DNA of 64,000 nt from a virus. The DNA lies in the IMG/VR virus record IMGVR_UViG_3300032308_002775, positions 64,001 through 128,000 of that record; one strand, 5' to 3'. Below the pieces are notes generated by a model. That model was not told where the DNA came from. It made no database searches and worked only from the letters and a program-made list of their open reading frames with translations. The translations under genes and the position numbers were made by a program. Below are positions 1 to 9,582 of this stretch, piece after piece (the first letter of the stretch is position 1; every line of letters begins with the position of its first letter).

Positions 1-1
1 G

Positions 2-343
2 ATCGGCTCGACGGCGGTGTACTACGTGGGCAATCGTCGTCAGGGCACGGCGCAGTTCACTCGCGTCGTTGGCGGCAAGGCGACCTTCAAGAACATGGTC
101 ACGGCTTTCGGCGACCTCTGCAAGCCGAAAGATTTGATCATCAACGCGAAGCAAGCTGCCTGCGGTGGCGGCGGTGGTGGCATCGCCGGGTTCATCGGTG
201 GCCTGTTCGGCGGTGGCGGTGGTGGCGTCTTGTACACGCTGAAGAGCGCTACGCTGAACTCGGTGGGCGCCAGTGTGACGGCTCAAGAGATCGTCATCAA
301 CGAGCAGCTCGGCTTCATGTTCGTCGACCTCTACTACCAGTAA
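2..343 (+). CDS. Tail tube protein, 5'-truncated (putative)
   Basis: Frame open from base 2 (IGSTAVYYVGNRRQGTAQFTRVVG...). Resembles the 'EIGS..YYV.GR..G' myophage tube motif. Lies upstream of spike, chaperone and tape measure genes, shows strong codon bias, and is followed by a hairpin. Confidence 0.6.
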   Translation: MGSTAVYYVGNRRQGTAQFTRVVGGKATFKNMVTAFGDLCKPKDLIINAKQAACGGGGGGIAGFIGGLFGGGGGGVLYTLKSATLNSVGASVTAQEIVINEQLGFMFVDLYYQ

Positions 344-374
344 TGGCGTAGGGTAGATGAAGAAAGACACCAAG

Positions 375-415
375 AGCGGCGGTTGCGCAAAGCGCAGCCG
401 CCGCTTACGGTATTA
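375..415 (+). terminator. 14-bp GC hairpin after the tube gene (terminator or mRNA stabiliser)
   Basis: AGCGGCGGTTGCGC-AAA-GCGCAGCCGCCGCT (375-405) followed by only a weak T-tract. A second small hairpin GGGCC-TTCG-GGCCC lies at 434-447. Confidence 0.55.
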
Positions 416-474
416 GGCGTCGTCAGGCGCCTGGGGCCTTCGGGCCCGCAACCACACCAGAATTGGTGGACAAC

Positions 475-3375
475 ATGGCAGGAAAACAATCAACGCCCCC
501 GATGGGGGTGCCGGGCCTCGCACAGACACCGGCTTATGACCCGGGCGCGGCTGTTCGGCACCTTAAGACGCGCAGCGTCGACGCCTCCCGAGACGCCACC
601 TCTGCTCGCGGCGCGGGAACCGCCGCGGTCGCCGACCCTAACTGCAAGCACGTCGGCTTCAAACTCGGCTTTCAGGATACCGGGCGGCTCTGCCTGGGCT
701 GGATTGTCGACGGAACCGCGATTGCCAACTGTTATCGGGTACAGATTGAAAAAATGCGGGCGCCCCTGGCAGCGGCGGCGTGCACGCATAACAGTCACGG
801 CGTGGTCGGAGCTAAATCACTCACGTCGTACGCCCCGGGGACACCGGTCATTCTGATGGTCCACGACAAGATGGACCTGGCCTACATTCTGGGCGCGGTT
901 CCCAGCGTTCTGGACGTTGCATACCGCGGGTTTCACGACTACATCTCGCAGACGACGCGAAAGCGCGTCGACGACTGCCAGAAAAAGTATCTCAAGCTGC
1001 CCAACAGCGGCTCGATGAGCGACTGCAGCGCCTGGCGACCGATCGACCAGACGCTCGCCAGCGAGTGGGGCGCCATCTCGACGACTGGGTTAAGCGTCTC
1101 GCTCGACGATTTCCTGGTAAAGCTTTCGGTGAACGAGTTTACCGGCGTTTTTGGCTTTTACCATGACTCGATGTTGCGGGTCGCAGGCTACAACATGCAG
1201 ACGTGGACTGGCGGCCACGAGCGCGACGCCTATGTCGACCAGGGCGAGTACAACGATTACCAGGGCTATTCTCCGTATCCCTGGGAAGCGGCCGGGTTGT
1301 TGGATACCGGCGTTCCAAACGTTATCGTTTACGACCCGCTTACCTACCTTCAGAGCAAGGGCAAGCCGTACTATGCGCACTTCGAAAACAAGCACGAGTA
1401 CGCGCAGCCCTATCACCGCACCCAGCAGTTCTTCGGTTACTTGGGCCAAGGCTCCCGCAGCGTTGTTCAGGCGCCGCCGGAGTCCGTTGAGCGCTGGATG
1501 TACAAGCCTGGAGAGGCCACTCCGCCGGGCACGGTGTTTGACTCCCAGATTCAGGCGGAAAACACAAACCCGCCGCAGGCCACATCCGGCGAAGACAAGC
1601 TCAAAGACTACCCCATCGAGGGCAAACCGCCGATCGGCTTGCACGAAGATAACGTCGGCCTCGACGGTCGTCGTTTTATTGCCAGCGCCAAAGGCATCAT
1701 TCTCGCAAAACGAATGTTGCTGCCGATGCCCGTGCGCCTCAAGCGACCCGAGGCGGGCGATGGCGACGACGCGCTTTCCACGGGCGATAACAAATACCGC
1801 GCCGCCGGAAAAGAAGGCATGGGTGACGGGCCGGAACACAAAATTACCGGCGACGTCGAGGCCAACGACACGCACAAGAACATGCAGCGGGCCAGCGGCG
1901 TGCTGGATTTACACGCATACCTGTTTAACTACGCCGGGCTGCACCCGTTTTACTGGCACACCAAGGACTGGAAAACCTACGAGCAGAAAGATCTGAAATA
2001 TGCTGAGTGCAACCACCGCGTGCCGGATTTTTCAGAGCTGACGGGCTCGATGTACCTGAAGGAGCCAACCCCGGTTCCAATCAAGATTGACCACCGCTAC
2101 GGCACTCAGAATTTCTACGAGACGACTGCGGGCATCTCGATTCTCGAGGACGGCAGCATCGTGCTGAGCGACGGATACGGCGCAGAGATCAAGATGAGCG
2201 GCGGCTGCTTGATCCTCTCCGCACCGGGCGACGTGTGGATGAAATCCGGACGCCACACGCAGAGCTGGGCCGGAGGCGACATCATCGAGCGCGCCAACGG
2301 TTCGGTGGATATTTCCACCACGCGCAAAAACATTCGCATTAAGAGCGAAAAGAACGTCCTGATTCTTGCTGGAAACAACGCAAACTCGTCTGAAAAAGAC
2401 GGCGGCGTGCTCATCGAGAGCCGCGCCGACGCAATCTACTACGATTTCGAAAAGGCGGGCGATCAGGCGCGCTTTGGCGGCGTGGCGTTGCGGGCGCCCA
2501 ATTCAAATGTCGTGGGCTTGGCGCACCAAATCTACCTGCGCTCCGGCGGCGGTAATAACGACTTCAAGCCAGGCAACATTACCATCGATGCGGGCAAGGG
2601 CGAGAAGGATCTTGTTACCAAGAGCAACCGCATCTTTAACTACGTCGGTGAAAGCGGCGAGATATGCAACTTCTTTTCAATCGCTGACGCAGGCAAGCCC
2701 CAGGTGGCGCAATACTTCTCGAAAGATTACGTGCTGCTCTGTGGCGATTTTGCTGTAGAGAAAAACATCATTGCGGGCGGCGGCACGCTCTGTCGAGACT
2801 TTCTTCTCTGCGACGGCCCGATTGTCGGCGACTCCGTGGCGTACCCCTGCGAAAGCGACTGTTCCAAAAGCATTCAAAAAGCCATCGACAAGGTCGTCGA
2901 GTACATCAAGAAGAAGCTGCCGAAGATGGCCAGAGATTTCCACAACGACTATCTGTCCAAGTTGTGGTACGACGCGCAGCGCGCCGGTAACGACCGGGTC
3001 ATGAACATCATGGAGTTCTCCTGGCGCACCGACGACGACTACAACATCCCGAACTTCATGCTGTACGAGGACCGCTGGCAGCAGATGGCGCGGCTGACCA
3101 ATAAAATCCCCAGCCGTTGGACAGAAACATCCGTCAAGAGCAAGGTCGCCGAGGGCGGCGAAACGTACCCATTTCCGGGACGAAAGTGGCTGATTGATCG
3201 CCCCGCCTACCGCACTCAAGACTTCAACTTGGTCGAGGTAAAGGGCGGCAACCTCGTCGACAAGGAGCGCGGCGAGAACGGAAACCTGGCTGACGAATAC
3301 AAACAGCCCAAGTTTGCGCAGGCATCGGCGCCAGAAATCATTAACGGGCAGTACCCGATTGTTTCGAATCCTTGA
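475..3375 (+). CDS. Baseplate central spike, gp5/VgrG-like
   Basis: ATG at 475 after GGTGGA. N-terminal OB-like segment, then beta-helix-like repeats (GISILEDGSIVLSDGYGAEIKMSGGCLILSAPGDVWMKSG...NIRIKSEKNVLILAG). Tail-module context. Confidence 0.6.
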   Translation: MAGKQSTPPMGVPGLAQTPAYDPGAAVRHLKTRSVDASRDATSARGAGTAAVADPNCKHVGFKLGFQDTGRLCLGWIVDGTAIANCYRVQIEKMRAPLAAAACTHNSHGVVGAKSLTSYAPGTPVILMVHDKMDLAYILGAVPSVLDVAYRGFHDYISQTTRKRVDDCQKKYLKLPNSGSMSDCSAWRPIDQTLASEWGAISTTGLSVSLDDFLVKLSVNEFTGVFGFYHDSMLRVAGYNMQTWTGGHERDAYVDQGEYNDYQGYSPYPWEAAGLLDTGVPNVIVYDPLTYLQSKGKPYYAHFENKHEYAQPYHRTQQFFGYLGQGSRSVVQAPPESVERWMYKPGEATPPGTVFDSQIQAENTNPPQATSGEDKLKDYPIEGKPPIGLHEDNVGLDGRRFIASAKGIILAKRMLLPMPVRLKRPEAGDGDDALSTGDNKYRAAGKEGMGDGPEHKITGDVEANDTHKNMQRASGVLDLHAYLFNYAGLHPFYWHTKDWKTYEQKDLKYAECNHRVPDFSELTGSMYLKEPTPVPIKIDHRYGTQNFYETTAGISILEDGSIVLSDGYGAEIKMSGGCLILSAPGDVWMKSGRHTQSWAGGDIIERANGSVDISTTRKNIRIKSEKNVLILAGNNANSSEKDGGVLIESRADAIYYDFEKAGDQARFGGVALRAPNSNVVGLAHQIYLRSGGGNNDFKPGNITIDAGKGEKDLVTKSNRIFNYVGESGEICNFFSIADAGKPQVAQYFSKDYVLLCGDFAVEKNIIAGGGTLCRDFLLCDGPIVGDSVAYPCESDCSKSIQKAIDKVVEYIKKKLPKMARDFHNDYLSKLWYDAQRAGNDRVMNIMEFSWRTDDDYNIPNFMLYEDRWQQMARLTNKIPSRWTETSVKSKVAEGGETYPFPGRKWLIDRPAYRTQDFNLVEVKGGNLVDKERGENGNLADEYKQPKFAQASAPEIINGQYPIVSNP

Positions 3376-3388
3376 TACGGAGGAGCAG

Positions 3389-4378
3389 ATGGAGCTCGCT
3401 GATAATAGTCACGTTTCGGACTTCGTGAAAAAGACGCTCGCGCAGTTCGGATGGAAAGACGGCGACCCAATTCCAGCAGACCTGGGACCGCGGTTGTTGC
3501 AGTTAAAGGAAAGCCTGCCTCCCTCGTCGCGCATCGACGTGCTGATTGACGCCGGGGCGCTTTCGCCGGAGCACGTGATTGAAGTGCAGCAAATGCTTGC
3601 CGCTGCAAAAAAGGTGGCAGCGGCGCAGCAACGCAGTGCCGAGATTGAAGCGGCGACGAGCACCATGACGCCTGAAGTCGCGGCGCTGTACAAGCAGCTG
3701 GAGACGACCGACCCGGAGATTGTGGACGACCGCCAGGAAGAAGCAGCAGCGGGGCAAGCGACTACCGCGCCTGAAGCGCCCCTCGAGCCGCCTCCGGCCG
3801 CGCAAGAGCCGGAGCCGGTGCTCCAGGCGCCGATGGTGATCCTGCCGTTCTGCCCGCGGTGCGGCTGGGACATGCGGCAGAAGTTCGATACCGAGGTTAC
3901 GGACCTGGATAAAGAGGACTTTTTGGCCTCGGTTCTAGGTGGAACGAGGTTCTACCGCCGGTTTGATATCTTTGGCGGCCGGATGACGCTCGTCTTTCGG
4001 TCTCTGCTGGCGGAGGAGAGCAAGTTGATCTTCCGGCAGCTCGTCGTCGACCAGGACGCCAAGGCAGCCTTGACCCAAGAAGAGTGGTTTCTGCGGCTCA
4101 TGGAGTACCGGCTGGCCGCATCACTGGATCGAGTTCTCGACAAGAGCGGCAAGGAGCTTCACGTCGTCGTGCCGCTTGACGAGTTTCCCCATGCGCCGCC
4201 GGAGGACAAGCCGCTGGAAACGGCCTGCGTCGCTCAGCTGGCGTACGTGAATCACAAAGTTCTGGCTCAAGAAGTTCTGCGACGCCTTGCCGTAACGCAC
4301 CTGCGGCAGTTTCAGCGCGTCGTGGAAGCCCTTGAAGCCATGGCCCTCGAACCAAGTTTTTGGAACGGGATCGCATAG
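3389..4378 (+). CDS. Tail assembly chaperone (G-like), contains CPRC
   Basis: Strong SD GGAGGAG before ATG 3389. Two ORFs upstream of the tape measure gene, and overlaps the next ORF in the -1 frame. Confidence 0.5.
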   Translation: MELADNSHVSDFVKKTLAQFGWKDGDPIPADLGPRLLQLKESLPPSSRIDVLIDAGALSPEHVIEVQQMLAAAKKVAAAQQRSAEIEAATSTMTPEVAALYKQLETTDPEIVDDRQEEAAAGQATTAPEAPLEPPPAAQEPEPVLQAPMVILPFCPRCGWDMRQKFDTEVTDLDKEDFLASVLGGTRFYRRFDIFGGRMTLVFRSLLAEESKLIFRQLVVDQDAKAALTQEEWFLRLMEYRLAASLDRVLDKSGKELHVVVPLDEFPHAPPEDKPLETACVAQLAYVNHKVLAQEVLRRLAVTHLRQFQRVVEALEAMALEPSFWNGIA

Positions 4379-4734
4379 CCGCCTACATGGTGCGGGCGGC
4401 TGCGTCCGGGGTGGTCGATTACACCCGGGCCGATCCCAACGACAAGACATGGAGAATTCGACACCGGCTGCTAATCGAGGAATTGCGCCGCCGGGAGAGC
4501 CTGCAGTTGATGGATTCCGTGCACCGGCACTGGCTCAGCCACGTTTCGCACGGCAGCTTGACGGAGGATAGCTATCGCAACGTTAAAGAGCACGCGAGCG
4601 CGACGCTCATCAAGCTGCAGGACTGCATTTACCCGTGGCTTTCAACGTCCAGCCAGGAGGGGGCAACAGATACAATAAGTGTAGCCGACGCGGAAATGAT
4701 CGAGCGATACAAGCGCAGCTTCAAAGCAGAATAG
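4360..4734 (+). CDS. Tail chaperone extension (T-like), probably reached by -1 frameshift
   Basis: Frame open from 4336, overlaps the previous gene across AAGTTTTTGG, has no clear SD, and lies immediately before the tape measure gene. Confidence 0.5.
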   Translation: MERDRIAAYMVRAAASGVVDYTRADPNDKTWRIRHRLLIEELRRRESLQLMDSVHRHWLSHVSHGSLTEDSYRNVKEHASATLIKLQDCIYPWLSTSSQEGATDTISVADAEMIERYKRSFKAE

Positions 4735-4743
4735 TAAGAAATC

Positions 4744-7700
4744 ATGCCCGGTTTTTCTTCCGACAATCCGTTTCAGTCAGGGCCTTTCCGCACGCCCTAC
4801 TACGGCCCCGGCCAGGGCCCGGCGCTGATGCAGGACCCTGCAGCGGCGATGATCATGATGTTCGGAATGCCGTTGCTCCAGGGCACCATGGGGTCGGACA
4901 AGTTTCTGCCGCATTTCACGCCAAACCAGGCCCTGATGGACCAGTTCATGGCGTCTCAGTATCAGCGGTCGAACTTGGCGGCCAGCCTAGCCGCGTCCCG
5001 GATGGGCGAGGAGGCTGTCAGCGACCGCGTGCTGGGAATCGCCTCCATGCTGACCGGCACGCCAGCCAGCCAGCTAAACCGGGAGCAGGCGAACAATTTA
5101 GCGTCGATGATCAATCATCCGATCGCAAAAATGATGCTCGGGCAGCTCATGGGACCCGAGAACATGGAGGCGCTCATGTTCGGCCGACGGGGCGACCCGG
5201 CGGCACTGGCCTCAGCCGTCGGCCGCGTCGGTTTCTTCCGCCGCGACGCGCTTGGCAGCGAACGGATGAACGCGCAGTCCTTGGAAGACTTCTCCAAGGC
5301 TATTCACGCCAATCTCTATGGCGAAGGCGCCAACGTCGACGACATGCGCGGCTTCATGGCCGGGCAGGCCGGGCAAATTTTCGAGAACTTGTTCCAGCGG
5401 GGCATGTTGCCGCAGAGCATCGGCGCGCTATCGGCCGCCGAGCGCGTGCGCCTCTTGGGCGACGAGGCAAATCGCGACCCCGTTACCATGGACCGTTTGG
5501 CCGACGAGTTCGGGCGCCGCGAATTGATGAAGTCCGATCGGACATTCGACGTTGAGGTCGACGGTAAAAAGCTGAGCCGTCGGTTTAACGAGGTTACCGA
5601 AGAGGAGCAAAAGCTCATTCTCGAGCGCGAACGCCCTGGTTTCCGGTCGCGACTGGACGACACGTTTGAGCGCATCGACGAGTTCCGCAAGGAAGATTTC
5701 GCCCGGGGCAAATCGCCCGCCGAAATGGAGACGGCGGCCCGCGACATTGAAAAACTGGCGGGCTACGACGTTACGGCGCGCAATGTAGACGCGTCGAAAA
5801 CCTCGGGCAAGATCAAAGAGTTCGCCGGTGCCGTCGCCGCCGTCCGTGAGATTTTCGGCGACAACGGCAACCCCAACGCCCCCATGCCCGCCCTTTTGGC
5901 CGCGCTGGAGCAACTCACCCAGGGCGCGCTGCCCCAAATGAGCGCCAAGGGCGTCGAGGGCACAATGCGCCAGATGCGGCTGGCGGCCCGGGAGGCGGGC
6001 ATCGGCATGGAACAGCTCATGGGGATGTCGGCCCAAATCGGGGCTTACGGCGACACGCTGGGGATTGCCAGGCCGGTCTCCATGCAGAACACGCTGAATA
6101 CCGCGCTGCTCACCAAGGCCATGCGCGAAGCCGGTTCGTTCTCGAATCCCCGTTTTGGGCAGACAGACCAGGCCACGGCGGCGCAGGACGCGGGGATGGC
6201 GATGCAGCGCGGCGACGCGTCCGGCGTGGGCATGACGCTTGCGGCAATGCGCCGAGCAGTTGAAACAAACCCAGAGCTGTACGCCGGTACTGAGGCGGAA
6301 GCGCTCGTCAACGCTTACAAGAACAACCAAACGACCTACACGTTCGACGGCCGCACGGTCAACCTGGCGAACACGGCGGGCAAGGGCGGAGCGCCAGCTC
6401 TGGCCGAGATCTTCACGCGATCGAACGGTTCGATGGCGACGCTGAACATGTACTCGCTCGATCAAATGACGCAGAAGTACATGAACGCCGGTTACACGTA
6501 CGAACTCCAGTCTGCCGAGCTGCAGCGCGACGTCACGAACGGCGTGCTCGGCGGAATGGTGATGGATCGGCTCGACCTGAACAGCGTGCGCGATACGGCG
6601 CGCGCGTTGGGCGTATCCGAAAAAGACGCCGAAGACGCCCGGTTCGCGTTTGGAAAAACCGTTTCGGATCAGCTTGCCGGAGTGATCATCAAAGAAACAG
6701 GCGGGATGGAACCGGAAGAGCGGCAAAAGTACCTGCGCGACAAGCTGCCCGAGCTGATGAAGAACGTCTTCATGGAAGGCGGCGTCGCCGATCCGGCCGA
6801 GGCAGAGCGGCGGGCCGAGGCATTCATGCCGCTGCTTTTCGGCGCCAACGAAAAAGAACAACTCGACGTGCTGGGCCGGATGATTTCGGCCGTCGATTTA
6901 ACAGTGCAGAATGCAACGGGAAAAACACTGACCGCGCTCGATCAGCGGTCTTCTCCCGAGGTCATCGCCAACTACCGGCGCGAACAGGTTGTCAACAAGA
7001 ACCGCGCGGAGCGGATGGGCCAAATGCAGCGCGGTCGCGAGTCGAGCCTGCTGCAGCGCATTGGCGAAGAGGCAGAGCGAGTTGGCCAGGGCGGTACGTT
7101 TACCATTCAGGACAGCATTGAACGCATCACGAACATCCTAGACGTCGCCGGGCTGCGGGACGCATACGCGCCAGAACTCGCGCAAGGATTCGGCCGCGCG
7201 CTGGAGATAGAGCGCGGCCTCGTGCTGCAAGACGCCGACGTGCTCGCGCTAGCGGATGCCGCTGAAAAGGGCGGCGCCGGTGGCGCGGACGCGCTTAAAA
7301 AGCTCAAGTTTCTGGCGGGCGTCGATGAAAAAATGCAGGTTGTCGCCGACGACGCGAAGGACATTGATCCCAACAAACAGATTACCCGCACAGAACTGCG
7401 CGAGCGCGCGCGTTCGCAGGTCGGCACCGCGGCTGGTTTTACCGAAGAGGCGCGGCGCGAGAACAAAAAGAAACTCGAGCGCCTGAACGACTATTACCAG
7501 GCGATGGTGAGCGGCGATAAGGCAGACCTGGTTACCGCTGCCTCGGACAACCTCGCGGAAGACGCCGCGCTGAAACGACGACTCTCGGAAGAGGATGCAG
7601 AAAAACTGCGCGGACGTTTTGAGAAGGCCGCGCTCGGCGACAAGGACGAACTCAACGCGCTCAGGGAAACGCTTAGCGAAGACGAGTTCAAAATGCTCGA

Positions 7701-8250
7701 GGGCCTGCAGAGCGCGAGCACGCTGGCCAAGCACGGCATCGTGCTAAGCAGCGACTTCATGAACCAGACGATTAACGTCAAATCCGAAGAAGTCGCGCGC
7801 AAGCAAATGGAAGCCGCCGCCGAGGCCGCGCGCAAGGAACGCGAAAACCTCGAGACGGGCATCGACGCAGCAGCCGAGGAGCGCGGCACGCCCCGTCCCG
7901 CTGGTGCCGGTGCAGCAGCCGCGGCAGGCGACAAACCGGCACGCCCACGCGGTGTCGGCGCAGAAACGACGCGGACCGAATCGATGTCGGTAGAGGCGTC
8001 CAAAGTCACCGTGAACATGGCCCGCGAGGCGGCCAGCGGTCAAACAGCCGCGGCCGAGAGTCGCGGCGTCAAAGCGGCGCCAGCAACCGGCGGCGCGGAA
8101 GCTCAAAGCAACGAATTGACCATCAACGGGACAATTGCACTGCGCAACCTGTACGAGGGAATCGTCAGCGTCACCGGCGAGCGGCCAATCGATACCCCTG
8201 ACGGTCCGTCCGTCTTCCCGAGCCGCGGCTCGGGAATGGTTATGGGCTAA
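4744..8250 (+). CDS. Tape measure protein
   Basis: 1168 aa, Ala/Gly/Met/Glu-rich helical composition, between chaperones and baseplate genes. Confidence 0.7.
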   Translation: MPGFSSDNPFQSGPFRTPYYGPGQGPALMQDPAAAMIMMFGMPLLQGTMGSDKFLPHFTPNQALMDQFMASQYQRSNLAASLAASRMGEEAVSDRVLGIASMLTGTPASQLNREQANNLASMINHPIAKMMLGQLMGPENMEALMFGRRGDPAALASAVGRVGFFRRDALGSERMNAQSLEDFSKAIHANLYGEGANVDDMRGFMAGQAGQIFENLFQRGMLPQSIGALSAAERVRLLGDEANRDPVTMDRLADEFGRRELMKSDRTFDVEVDGKKLSRRFNEVTEEEQKLILERERPGFRSRLDDTFERIDEFRKEDFARGKSPAEMETAARDIEKLAGYDVTARNVDASKTSGKIKEFAGAVAAVREIFGDNGNPNAPMPALLAALEQLTQGALPQMSAKGVEGTMRQMRLAAREAGIGMEQLMGMSAQIGAYGDTLGIARPVSMQNTLNTALLTKAMREAGSFSNPRFGQTDQATAAQDAGMAMQRGDASGVGMTLAAMRRAVETNPELYAGTEAEALVNAYKNNQTTYTFDGRTVNLANTAGKGGAPALAEIFTRSNGSMATLNMYSLDQMTQKYMNAGYTYELQSAELQRDVTNGVLGGMVMDRLDLNSVRDTARALGVSEKDAEDARFAFGKTVSDQLAGVIIKETGGMEPEERQKYLRDKLPELMKNVFMEGGVADPAEAERRAEAFMPLLFGANEKEQLDVLGRMISAVDLTVQNATGKTLTALDQRSSPEVIANYRREQVVNKNRAERMGQMQRGRESSLLQRIGEEAERVGQGGTFTIQDSIERITNILDVAGLRDAYAPELAQGFGRALEIERGLVLQDADVLALADAAEKGGAGGADALKKLKFLAGVDEKMQVVADDAKDIDPNKQITRTELRERARSQVGTAAGFTEEARRENKKKLERLNDYYQAMVSGDKADLVTAASDNLAEDAALKRRLSEEDAEKLRGRFEKAALGDKDELNALRETLSEDEFKMLEGLQSASTLAKHGIVLSSDFMNQTINVKSEEVARKQMEAAAEAARKERENLETGIDAAAEERGTPRPAGAGAAAAAGDKPARPRGVGAETTRTESMSVEASKVTVNMAREAASGQTAAAESRGVKAAPATGGAEAQSNELTINGTIALRNLYEGIVSVTGERPIDTPDGPSVFPSRGSGMVMG

Positions 8251-8264
8251 GGACGACCAACACC

Positions 8265-8774
8265 ATGTCTACAAGCGTCTTTCCAGTCTGCGACGGCGTC
8301 GTCTCAATGGTGACGATCAACTGCGCGCAGCCAAACGGCGGTGCCATTTTCAAGATTTCGAGCCCGGGGCTTTCCTTGCCCGTCACAGGCTTTTCACTGG
8401 ATCTGTCGTCAAACTACCAGTTCCAACATTCGCTGAACGAGTTCATTTACGTTTACGCGTTTGGCGAACGCGTCGGCGAGTTGATTCTCTCCGGTATGGG
8501 GTTTCTTGGCGCGTGTGGTAACGCCGCAGGCAAGAACGCCTGCGGCGCGCTAAAGCTCTACAAAGACAAAAGCCTGGGAACGAGCAAAAAGGGCACGACA
8601 ATCACGCTTGGCAACTGCGGAACGTTTTGGGCTTTTTTGACGGGGCTGCGCATAGAGGTGCCGAAGCCAGACGTTTTAGTGGCGTACTGGTCGATGCGTT
8701 TTCACGTGATTCTCAAACCCGGATCCGCGTTCGGAAACGAATTTCGCGGCGGCGGTATCGATAGGTTGCCTTAA
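8265..8774 (+). CDS. Baseplate / tube-initiator-like protein
   Basis: SD AAGGA. Beta-rich YQFQHSLNEFIYVYAFGERVGELILSG segment. Directly after the tape measure gene. Confidence 0.4.
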   Translation: MSTSVFPVCDGVVSMVTINCAQPNGGAIFKISSPGLSLPVTGFSLDLSSNYQFQHSLNEFIYVYAFGERVGELILSGMGFLGACGNAAGKNACGALKLYKDKSLGTSKKGTTITLGNCGTFWAFLTGLRIEVPKPDVLVAYWSMRFHVILKPGSAFGNEFRGGGIDRLP

Positions 8775-8775
8775 C

Positions 8776-9582
8776 ATGATTAACCACGCCCGCACTCTTC
8801 TGTTGAACGTCGCCAGCGACAACGGCGCACCGGCGGACTTTGGCGAAGAGTACATTCCGACGAGCTTCGTTCCGGTCACGCTGCCGTCGTACATCGTTAC
8901 GCCGCGCCGCATTCTGTTCGGCGCCGCGCCGGATCGGTACTTCCTGAACTTTCGCGGTCGCGAATTGATGCACAACCTGCACCAGACCGAGTTGCAGGAG
9001 TATGTGACTGCGCTCGATCCGCGCGTCACCTACTGGCCCGAGCTTACCGCTCCGTTCTTCACCCCGGCCTCAAAGATATCTAATGCGCACATTGGCGGTC
9101 CGAAGCTGGGGCGTCTTTTCTTTTCCGGCGCGCCTGCTGCGGACAGCGGCCGCGGCCGGAGTCTGCGGGAGTATCTCGTAGAAACGGCCGCGGACACCAT
9201 CACCGTCACTCTCCGCGCCGCTCCTGGCCAGGCCGCCGAAAGCGTCACGAGCCCGTTTGACACTGAAAGCGGCGTGACGCAGGCGGTGCTCATGCCCAGA
9301 AGCCAGCTTCGCGTCCAAATCGGCAATCCGGTCAACGGAGAGCGCTGGCTGGTGACCACGCTGGCCCGCCCGACTCCAGCAATCACCACGCTGTTGCCGG
9401 TGCTGGAGCTGATGGGCGAGCCGGTGGCACTTGAGCTGTTCGGCCCCGGCAACCCGCCCGAGCCCTACAGCACGTTCAAGAACTTGTGGTTTGACCATCC
9501 TAACGCCGTTTATCGGCTGGGCGGCCTGACGCTTGCCATGATCTACCGGACAAACGAAGTCAGGAGCACGCCCAATGGCTGA
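8776..9582 (+). CDS. Hypothetical virion protein
   Basis: 268 aa ORF tightly packed in the structural operon. Confidence 0.6.
   Translation: MINHARTLLLNVASDNGAPADFGEEYIPTSFVPVTLPSYIVTPRRILFGAAPDRYFLNFRGRELMHNLHQTELQEYVTALDPRVTYWPELTAPFFTPASKISNAHIGGPKLGRLFFSGAPAADSGRGRSLREYLVETAADTITVTLRAAPGQAAESVTSPFDTESGVTQAVLMPRSQLRVQIGNPVNGERWLVTTLARPTPAITTLLPVLELMGEPVALELFGPGNPPEPYSTFKNLWFDHPNAVYRLGGLTLAMIYRTNEVRSTPNG

Noticed and set aside
5428-6861. Long antisense ORFs (also 17071-18108, 52179-53513, 53997-55049, 56264-57886, and plus-strand 38020-38952 and 45862-46686)
   Set aside because: They are shadows of high-GC3 genes on the opposite strand, with no SD or recognisable motifs.
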